Origin: Minisyncoccota bacterium
GTDB lineage: Bacteria > Patescibacteriota > Minisyncoccia > Phycocordibacterales > UBA9973
Direction: 5' to 3'
NCBI GenBank assembly: GCA_041662525.1
Contig: JBAZSF010000003.1
Coordinates: 14,187 to 78,186 of the forward strand
DNA: 64,000 bases
In this document: positions 19,723-27,524 of the stretch, piece by piece
Numbering within the stretch: position 1 is the stretch's first letter
Layout of the letters: each line of letters begins with the position of its first letter
Made by a program: the position numbers and the translations under genes
The notes under the pieces: model-generated
What the model was told of the DNA's origin: nothing
Database searches by the model: none
The model's input: only the letters and a program-made list of their open reading frames with translations

Positions 19723-20946
19723 TTAAGACAACCTTCCTTTAAAATCTTCATAACTGAATTTTTTTACAAGTTTAAATTTGCCTGATGATTTTCTAAGAAA
19801 AATTGATGGCAATCTGATACCGTTAAAAGTATTGGTTTTTACCATCGTGTAAATAGCCATATTTAAAAATATTAATTTATCACCAATGGCTAATTTCTTT
19901 TTGAAAGTATAATTGCCTATTACATCTCCAGCTAAGCAACTCGGCCCACCGAGACGATAAACATGAGGGTATTTTTTACCTGTATCAGCCCCTAGGATCG
20001 TCGGTTTGTATGGCATTTCAAGAATGTCTGGAACATGCGCGGCAGCCGAAAAATCAAGAATAGCTATATTCATGCCATTATCAATAATATCCGCCACGCT
20101 AGTCACCAAAACCCCAGCATTCAATCCTACTGCTTCACCTGGCTCCAAATAGACTTCTAAGTGAGGATATCGTTTTTTAAAATCCTTAATTGTTTTAATT
20201 AATAGATCAACATCATAATCCCCACGGGTGATATGATGTCCACCACCGAAGTTCATCCATTTCATTCTTGGTAAAAATTCTTTAAATTTTTCTTCAAAAG
20301 ATTCAAGAGTTCGCACCATAGCATCAGCATTAAGCTGGCAAAGATTGTGATAATGCAAGCCCTCTATGCCGTCTAATTCTTTTTCTTCAAAATTTTTTCT
20401 AATTATGCCCAATCTAGAATTCGGTCCGCAAGGATCATACATCGGTGTTCCAGCTTCGCAATGCTCTGGATTTACCCGCAAACCACACGATACTTTCTTC
20501 TTGCTTTTTAAAATTATTGGTCGAATTCTTTTCCACTGAGAGAAAGAATTAAAAATCAGATGATCAGAATATTTTATATATTCGGCAATATTTTTTTCCG
20601 TATAAGCCGGTGAAAAAGTATGCGTTTCTCCACTAAATTCTTCACATCCTAAACGAGCTTCATCGATAGAGCTAGCTTCGGTTCCAGCTAAATATTTTTT
20701 TACTAACGGAGAAATACTAAACATAGAAAACCCTTTTAAAGCCAAAAGAATTTTACACCCAGCTTCTTTTTGGACTCTTTTTAATATCTTCATATTATGC
20801 TCTAACTTTTTTTCATCTACCACAAAACAAGGAGTTTCTAGATTTGCAAAATCTTCTGCCTTCCATCCCTGACCAGTGCTCCAAGGTTCAGTTGATGGCT
20901 CTCCATGACCCATTTGAGTTTTAATTGAACATATTTGATTAGCCAT
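19723..20946 (-). CDS. nspC: Carboxy(nor)spermidine decarboxylase
   Basis: LLALKGF, EASS..EARL, YDPC...SRLG, GGGHHITR, YTMVKTNTFNG. Confidence 0.92.
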   Translation of the reverse strand: MANQICSIKTQMGHGEPSTEPWSTGQGWKAEDFANLETPCFVVDEKKLEHNMKILKRVQKEAGCKILLALKGFSMFSISPLVKKYLAGTEASSIDEARLGCEEFSGETHTFSPAYTEKNIAEYIKYSDHLIFNSFSQWKRIRPIILKSKKKVSCGLRVNPEHCEAGTPMYDPCGPNSRLGIIRKNFEEKELDGIEGLHYHNLCQLNADAMVRTLESFEEKFKEFLPRMKWMNFGGGHHITRGDYDVDLLIKTIKDFKKRYPHLEVYLEPGEAVGLNAGVLVTSVADIIDNGMNIAILDFSAAAHVPDILEMPYKPTILGADTGKKYPHVYRLGGPSCLAGDVIGNYTFKKKLAIGDKLIFLNMAIYTMVKTNTFNGIRLPSIFLRKSSGKFKLVKKFSYEDFKGRLS

Positions 20947-20948
20947 AT

Positions 20949-22199
20949 TTAGTAATTCTTTTTTAGTGGCGCTGGAAGATCTTTTAGATTTTTAACCACC
21001 CAAGTTAAACCTAGATTTTCCATTTCTTCTAAGAATACTTTCGAGTCTAAAGATTTATCTTCTGGAACTTTCACCCCACTACCACTCCATTTCCCTTCCA
21101 ACATCAACTTAGCGCAAGTAACTGCAGGAACAGCTGTATTGTATCCGATCCCATTACCACCAGTTTCTAAAAAAGCCTTGTGATGGTCGGTAACGTTATA
21201 CATATAAACCACTTTTTTCTTGCCATCCTTAATTCCAGAAATAATATCACCGGCGATAGTTTTACCTTTATATCCTTTATTGAAATCGTCACCCGTAGGC
21301 AAAAGTGATTTCAAGAATTTTACCGGGACAACTTCGCAGTTATTATATTTAACTGGATCAATCCTAGTCATGCCGACATCATATAGCACTCGCAAATAAG
21401 AAAGATAAGTCTTTGAAAAGGTCATCCAAAATCTAGCTCTTTTAAGACCAGGAATACGAGTGACTAGAGTTTCTAATTCCTCATGATACATCAAGTATGG
21501 CGTGAACTTGCCAGTCTCTGGAAAATCAAATTCAAAGTAAGAGGCATCTTCGTCGATCAAACGTCCGCGTTCCTGCCATTTACCATTTTCCCAAAAGTGA
21601 ATCGGCAAAATAAGTTCTCGTAAATTTATTTCTGGGTTAAAATTCGGAGCAAATTTAATTTTTTTATCTTTTGAACCACCGTTGCAGTCTATAATATCAA
21701 TGGTATCTATTTTGTCAAAAAGGTAATCTCGCGCATAAGCAGAAAAGATATTCGTTACTCCGGGAGCAAATCCTAATCCTGTGACGGCTAATAGTCCTTT
21801 TTTCTTGAAATCTTTATCTTGAGCTAATTGCAATTTATACGAGAAGCCGTATTTTTTAGGATCTTCATAACAACAAGTATCAACGTATTTAATGCCTAAT
21901 TCTAAGCAGGCATCCATTATTACTAAATTGTCGTAGGAAAGTCCGAAGTGCAACAATAGTTCAGGCTTTACTTTTTTTAGAAGGTCTAATAAAAATTTCT
22001 TATCACCCACATCTCCCTGATGAATATTTATCTTCACTTTTCCTTTCGTTTTTTTAAAAATTGAAGCCTTCACTTCTTCACAATTTTTAGTAGTACGGCT
22101 AACCACATGAATCTCAGAAAAAGTCTTAGGATATTGAGCCATTTTGTGTAAGCCCACCCTGCCGACATTTCCACACCCTATCACAAGTATTTTAGACAT
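20949..22199 (-). CDS. Carboxy(nor)spermidine dehydrogenase (saccharopine dehydrogenase-like)
   Basis: GCGNVG Rossmann fold, DCNGG, NFNPEINLRE, MYHEELE; adjacent to nspC. Confidence 0.9.
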   Translation of the reverse strand: MSKILVIGCGNVGRVGLHKMAQYPKTFSEIHVVSRTTKNCEEVKASIFKKTKGKVKINIHQGDVGDKKFLLDLLKKVKPELLLHFGLSYDNLVIMDACLELGIKYVDTCCYEDPKKYGFSYKLQLAQDKDFKKKGLLAVTGLGFAPGVTNIFSAYARDYLFDKIDTIDIIDCNGGSKDKKIKFAPNFNPEINLRELILPIHFWENGKWQERGRLIDEDASYFEFDFPETGKFTPYLMYHEELETLVTRIPGLKRARFWMTFSKTYLSYLRVLYDVGMTRIDPVKYNNCEVVPVKFLKSLLPTGDDFNKGYKGKTIAGDIISGIKDGKKKVVYMYNVTDHHKAFLETGGNGIGYNTAVPAVTCAKLMLEGKWSGSGVKVPEDKSLDSKVFLEEMENLGLTWVVKNLKDLPAPLKKNY

Positions 22200-22225
22200 A
22201 ATTTTTTAAAAAATAATTTGTAATG

Positions 22226-22346
22226 CCACGAATTACGAAACATAACTTTTCGCAGGGGTTTCGAGGCTGACGAGCCGAGAACTTCAGGATTTTTTTTACC
22301 AGAAAAAAATCCGTACCGAAGAAAAGTTATGTTTCGTAATTCGTGG
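22226..22346. repeat. Palindromic element copy 1 (26-bp perfect terminal inverted repeats)
   Basis: CCACGAATTACGAAACATAACTTTTC / GAAAAGTTATGTTTCGTAATTCGTGG. Confidence 0.9.
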
Positions 22347-22454
22347 TGCAATAAGAATAGTTTACTACTTGCTACCTTAATGTCAATCTTTAAAACCCTT
22401 TGTTTTTCAAAGAAAATAGGGTATATTTAAAAAACTTAGTTTTATTTTTAATGT

Positions 22455-23342
22455 ATGTCTAAGAAAATTATTGTAAATAAATTCGGAGGAGGAATTTTGA
22501 CTAGAAATCTTATTCCTTTGATGGCGGAACACTTACGAGAACAAATAAAAGATGGCTACAGCCCTGTCGTCGTGATTTCGGCCTTGCCTGGGGTCACAAA
22601 TGAGCTTTTAACAATTAAAGATATATCTTTTTTAAGGAAATTTAAAGAGAAAAATTTTCAAGTAATGATAGATCTGGGATTCAATAAAGAATGGCAAAAA
22701 AAGGCTAAAATTGAATTAAATAAATTATTTGACAATATGAAAAAAGATATTGATTCAGATAAAACCATTCCCTCAAATGAAGACAAGATCGTCGCTTATG
22801 GAGAAAAATTATCCGCTACTATTTTTACTTTTTATCTTCAAATGCTTGGATTGCCAGCCAAAAGATTTTTAGCCGAAGAAATCCCTATTATCACTGACGA
22901 TAATTTTAAAAATGCTAATATTATTTACAAAATTTCCCAACAGAATATTCAGAAAAATATCCAAGAAAAAATTAATGATTTAAAAATAATTCCAGTTATT
23001 CCTGGCTTTACTGGTAAAACTACTGAAGACAAGATTACTACTCTAGGGCGTGGTGGGACAGATACTACCGCTTGCTTTGTCGGTTCTGCTATGCGGGCAA
23101 AAAAAGTAATTCTTTGGAAAGATGTCGGTGGAGTTTTTTCAGCTGATCCAAAAATAGTTCCCGAAGCAAAATATATCCCGACTATTAGCTATCAAGAAGC
23201 AGAAAAAGCTGGCAAAATAATACATGAGAAAGCGATTCAATATGTGAAATTATTCAATACTCCACTAGAAATAACTTCTCTTATAAATCCAAAATTAAAA
23301 ACAAAAGTTAGAAAAGTCGTGTATAATAAATTTATTAAATAA
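22455..23342 (+). CDS. lysC: Aspartate kinase (catalytic domain only, no ACT domains)
   Basis: KFGG, VISA..GVTNEL, YGEKLS, TTLGRGGTD, DV.GV..ADP. Confidence 0.88.
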   Translation: MSKKIIVNKFGGGILTRNLIPLMAEHLREQIKDGYSPVVVISALPGVTNELLTIKDISFLRKFKEKNFQVMIDLGFNKEWQKKAKIELNKLFDNMKKDIDSDKTIPSNEDKIVAYGEKLSATIFTFYLQMLGLPAKRFLAEEIPIITDDNFKNANIIYKISQQNIQKNIQEKINDLKIIPVIPGFTGKTTEDKITTLGRGGTDTTACFVGSAMRAKKVILWKDVGGVFSADPKIVPEAKYIPTISYQEAEKAGKIIHEKAIQYVKLFNTPLEITSLINPKLKTKVRKVVYNKFIK

Positions 23343-23345
23343 TTA

Positions 23346-23492
23346 TGAATTACAAAACATAAACTTTTCTTCGGTACGGATTTTTCGAAGCTTGAAAAAT
23401 CTCTTCGAGCCTGAAGCTCTCAGAGCCGAAGGCCTGAAGTTCTCGGATCGACAGCCTCGAAACCCCTGCGAAAAGTTATGTTTTGTAATTCA
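23346..23492. repeat. Palindromic element copy 2
   Basis: reverse-complement homologue of 22226-22346 with an extra ~30-nt insert. Confidence 0.9.
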
Positions 23493-23503
23493 AAAAAAAT
23501 CAC

Positions 23504-24592
23504 ATGAAAAAATTAAAAGTTGGAATCTTGGGTGCTACTGGGATGGTAGGTCAAAATTATATTCGTTTATTGGAAAATCACCCCTATTTTGAGGTTGTGT
23601 ATTTAGCAGCTTCTATAAATTCGGCTGGTAAAAATTATGCGAGTGCTGTTTTAGGACGCTGGCAAATGAATTCATCAATCCCAGAAAATATAAAAAATAT
23701 AATCGTAGAAGACGTAATAGATATAGAAAAAGCTAAAAACAAATGTGATTTTGTTTTTTCAGCATTTGAAATTAGAGATAAAGAAATGATTAAAACGATA
23801 GAAGCAAAATATGCGCAAGCAGGGTTGCCTGTTATTTCAAACGCATCAGCCAACCGCCCGACAGAAGATATCCCAATGATTATTCCAGAAATTAATCCGG
23901 AACACTTAGAAATGATAAAGATACAAAAGAAAAATCATAAGTGGAACAAGGGTTTTATCGTGGTGAAGCCAAATTGTAGTTTACAAAGCTATCTGACTCC
24001 CATTTTTGCTTTAGAAAAAGCTGGCTACCCAATTAAAAAAATATTTATTACCACCCTCCAAGCTGTTTCTGGAGCTGGTTATCCTGGAGTATCGAGTTTA
24101 GATATGATCGATAATGTCATCCCTTATATTGGAGGCGAAGAAGAAAAAACAGAAGAGGAACCTTTAAAAATTTTAAGCAAAATCAAAAACGGAAAATTCA
24201 TTCAAAGAAAAGATATACAGATTTCTGCTCACTGTACTAGAGTCCCCGTAACAGATGGGCACTTGGCTTGTGTTAGTATTTTATTTAAAAACAAAAAACC
24301 AACAAAAGAAAAAATTATAGAGATTTGGAGAGAATTTAAAGGATTACCACAAGATCTCAAACTTCCTCTTGCTCCCATTCATCCGATTATTTATAAAGAA
24401 GAAGAAAATCGTCCCCAGCCAAAAAAAGACAGAGATAATGACAAAGGTATGGCTATAACTGTCGGCCGTCTAAGAAAATGTAAAATTTTTGATTATAAGT
24501 TTATGGCTTTGAGCCACAACACTGTCCGGGGTGCAGCCGGTGGAGGAATTTTAAACGCGGAACTTCTCGTGAAGAAAAATTACTTAAAATAA
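23504..24592 (+). CDS. asd: Aspartate-semialdehyde dehydrogenase
   Basis: GATGMVG, PNC, QAVSGAGYPG, RVPV.DGH, HNTVRGAAG. Confidence 0.95.
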   Translation: MKKLKVGILGATGMVGQNYIRLLENHPYFEVVYLAASINSAGKNYASAVLGRWQMNSSIPENIKNIIVEDVIDIEKAKNKCDFVFSAFEIRDKEMIKTIEAKYAQAGLPVISNASANRPTEDIPMIIPEINPEHLEMIKIQKKNHKWNKGFIVVKPNCSLQSYLTPIFALEKAGYPIKKIFITTLQAVSGAGYPGVSSLDMIDNVIPYIGGEEEKTEEEPLKILSKIKNGKFIQRKDIQISAHCTRVPVTDGHLACVSILFKNKKPTKEKIIEIWREFKGLPQDLKLPLAPIHPIIYKEEENRPQPKKDRDNDKGMAITVGRLRKCKIFDYKFMALSHNTVRGAAGGGILNAELLVKKNYLK

Positions 24593-24618
24593 TATTTTAC
24601 CCACTTATTCACATTTGC

Positions 24619-24646
24619 TTGACATTGTTTCTGTTTGACCTACAAT
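24619..24646 (+). promoter_or_regulatory. sigma70-type promoter upstream of hss
   Basis: TTGACA-16 nt-TACAAT. Confidence 0.55.
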
Positions 24647-24701
24647 AACTAAACTATTTATTTTTATGATAATAATGCAAAGTATGATTTTGTAAAATAA
24701 A

Positions 24702-26168
24702 ATGAAGAAAAAATTTAATCACAAGATATTAATTATTGGCTATGGTTCAGTTTCGCAGTGTACCCTTCCAATTTTATTAGAAAAAATCGATGTTCCTTTA
24801 AAGAACATAACTATTATTGATTTTGAAAATAAAGCTGAAACATTAAAAAAATACACAAGCAAGGGAATAAAATTTGTTCGCACTAAAATTACTGAAAAAA
24901 ATATAAATAAAGTTTTAAAGGAAAACGTGGATGACGGTGGTTTGATTATTGATTTAGCTTGGAATATCGGCTGTAATGATATTTTAAAGTGGTGCCATGA
25001 TCACAATGTTTTATATATAAATACTTCAGTCGAACAATGGGATCCGATGAAGGAAATTGAGAAAAAAAGTCCATACGAAAAATCTCTCTATTTCCGACAA
25101 ATGCAAATGCGGGAAATGTCTAAGAATTGGCCAAAAGATTCTACTTCTGCTGTTGTCGATCATGGTGCTAATCCTGGTCTCATTTCACATTTTGTGAAGC
25201 AAGGATTAGAGGACATAGCGACAAAATTAATTAAAGATAAAAAGGTAAAAGGCAAAGAAATAGAAGAATTAAAAAATTATATAAAAAATAAAGAGTTCAA
25301 TAAATTGGCAAAAAAACTTGAAGTAAAAGTTATTCATTGTAGTGAAAGAGATACGCAAATAACTAATCGACCAAAAGAAGTCAATGAATTTGTCGGCACC
25401 TGGAGCATTGAAGGCCTCCGTGAAGAAGGCACTGCGCCAGTAGAAATGGGTTGGGGTACGCACGAAAAGAAACTCCCCGCATTAGCACACATTCCTAAAA
25501 TTGGTCCTAAAAATCAAATTTTCTTGGCGCAAATGGGTATCAATACTTTTGTAAGATCTTGGATACCAAATCAAGAAATTGTCGGAATGGTTATTCGTCA
25601 TGGTGAAGCCTTTGGACTTTCGGACCGCTTAACTGTTTGGTCAGATAAAAATAAAAAAAATCAGAAAGCAATATACCGGCCAACAGTACATTATTCTTAT
25701 ATGCCCTGCCATGAAACATTATCCAGTCTCTGTGAGCTACGTGGACTCAATTATAATTTGCCACCTAAATTACGAATTATGAGCAATGAAATTACCTCTG
25801 GGGCTGATATCTTGGGAGCACTTTTAATGGGTCACCCGTATAAATCTTGGTGGACAGGCAGCAATCTAAGTATTGAGGAGGCCCGACAGCTGGCTCCGGG
25901 ACAAAATGCTACTACCCTGCAGGTTGCAGCAGGTCTTATGGGAGCAATTTTGTGGATGATAGAAAATCCAACCAAAGGAATAAATTTACCAGACGACCTG
26001 CCACATGATTTTGTTTTAAAAATCGCTAAACCTTATCTTGGCAAATTTATTTCTACCGTATCAGACTGGACGCCAGTTAAAAACAAAACAGTCTACTTCA
26101 AGGAAAATCCTGCTAGTGTTCAAAATAAAGATATTTGGCAATTTGAAAATTTTAAATTTTTACCATAA
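24702..26168 (+). CDS. hss: Homospermidine synthase
   Basis: GYGSV, HGANPGLISH, HCSERDTQ, TWSIEG, EMGWGTHE, NATTLQV. Confidence 0.92.
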   Translation: MKKKFNHKILIIGYGSVSQCTLPILLEKIDVPLKNITIIDFENKAETLKKYTSKGIKFVRTKITEKNINKVLKENVDDGGLIIDLAWNIGCNDILKWCHDHNVLYINTSVEQWDPMKEIEKKSPYEKSLYFRQMQMREMSKNWPKDSTSAVVDHGANPGLISHFVKQGLEDIATKLIKDKKVKGKEIEELKNYIKNKEFNKLAKKLEVKVIHCSERDTQITNRPKEVNEFVGTWSIEGLREEGTAPVEMGWGTHEKKLPALAHIPKIGPKNQIFLAQMGINTFVRSWIPNQEIVGMVIRHGEAFGLSDRLTVWSDKNKKNQKAIYRPTVHYSYMPCHETLSSLCELRGLNYNLPPKLRIMSNEITSGADILGALLMGHPYKSWWTGSNLSIEEARQLAPGQNATTLQVAAGLMGAILWMIENPTKGINLPDDLPHDFVLKIAKPYLGKFISTVSDWTPVKNKTVYFKENPASVQNKDIWQFENFKFLP

Positions 26169-26219
26169 TTATCATAAGTAACAAAAAATTATTATTTATA
26201 ATAAAATCTTTTTAACGAA

Positions 26220-27518
26220 ATGAACATTAAACAAAAAAAACAATTACAGGAACTCGCTGCCAAACATGGTACGCCACTTTTAGTAGTGGATCATGAAAAA
26301 CTACGACAGAACTATTTAGAATTCAAAGAAAAATTACCAACAGTCCAAGCATATTTTGCAGTTAAGGCTAATTCTGATCCTGATATTATAAAAACTATGT
26401 ACGACATGGGAGCTAGTTTTGATGTGGCTTCTTTTCAGGAATTCATGAAAGTTTATAACAACATCAAACACTTGGGAGAGAAAGAACGACAACAATATAT
26501 TTGGGATAACATAATTTATGCCAATACTATTAAACCGGCCTCGATTTTAAAAAAGTTGAATATTTACAAACCCTTGGTTACTTTTGACAACATTGAAGAA
26601 TTAAAAAAAATCAAAAAACATGCTCCGGATGTGCGTTTAGTTTTACGGATTCGGGTACCGAACACTGGCTCGATGGTGGAGCTTTCTAGTAAATTCGGTG
26701 TTCATCCTGGAGAAGCAGTCGACTTAATGGCGGAAGCCATCGGTATGGGGCTAGGAGTTGAAGGCATTAGCTTTCATGTGGGCAGTCAGTGTAACAATTT
26801 TGAAAATTACGTCTTGGCTCTTTCTCTCGCTTCTTCAATTTTTAAGGAAGCAAAATTAAGAGGGCTGGATATAGGGTTTATAGACAAAGACGGTAAGAAA
26901 ATGAAAGTCTTAGATATTGGGGGTGGCTTTCCAGTCAAATACACAGCTGATGTAAAGCCTTTCCCAATGCTCGCTAAAAAAATAAATTCAGAAATCAAAA
27001 GAATGTTTAATGGAGATGTAGATGTCATCGCTGAACCGGGAAGATTTATGGTAGCCAACACCTGTACCCTGGTCACAAAAATTATAGGGAAATCTATCCG
27101 AGACGGAAAAACCTGTTATTATTTAGATGACGGAGTTTATAATACTTTTTCTGGACAAGTTTACGACCATCAAAGCTACCCCCTCCATTCATTTAAAGAT
27201 GGAGAAAGAAAAGTTTGCGCTACTTTCGGTCCGACCTGTGATGCTTTTGACACTATTTCCTTGGCAGATGAATTACCAGAAGATTTAGAGATAGATGATT
27301 TGCTTTATGCTGAAAACATTGGTGCTTATACTACCGCTTCTTCTTCTTTCTTTAACGGATTCAAACCGACAAGAATTGTATCGATAAATAAATGCGCTCC
27401 GGATGAGCTCTGTTCCTGCGGGAGTAATAAAAAATTCAAAGATTGCGGAATTTTAAATACTGAAGAACATAAATCGCTCCACCACTTAATGTCAAAAGAC
27501 ACGAAAGATAAAAACTAA
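26220..27518 (+). CDS. Ornithine/lysine decarboxylase (fold-type III PLP) with C-terminal SEC-C motif
   Basis: YFAVKAN, FDVAS, SKFG, SFHVGSQ, DIGGGF, EPGR, GPTCD; tail CSCGSNKKFKDCG. Confidence 0.9.
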   Translation: MNIKQKKQLQELAAKHGTPLLVVDHEKLRQNYLEFKEKLPTVQAYFAVKANSDPDIIKTMYDMGASFDVASFQEFMKVYNNIKHLGEKERQQYIWDNIIYANTIKPASILKKLNIYKPLVTFDNIEELKKIKKHAPDVRLVLRIRVPNTGSMVELSSKFGVHPGEAVDLMAEAIGMGLGVEGISFHVGSQCNNFENYVLALSLASSIFKEAKLRGLDIGFIDKDGKKMKVLDIGGGFPVKYTADVKPFPMLAKKINSEIKRMFNGDVDVIAEPGRFMVANTCTLVTKIIGKSIRDGKTCYYLDDGVYNTFSGQVYDHQSYPLHSFKDGERKVCATFGPTCDAFDTISLADELPEDLEIDDLLYAENIGAYTTASSSFFNGFKPTRIVSINKCAPDELCSCGSNKKFKDCGILNTEEHKSLHHLMSKDTKDKN

Positions 27519-27524
27519 AATAAA

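Noticed and set aside
23392-23592. 66-aa ORF upstream of asd
   Set aside because: It is a reading of the palindromic repeat overlapping asd out of frame.
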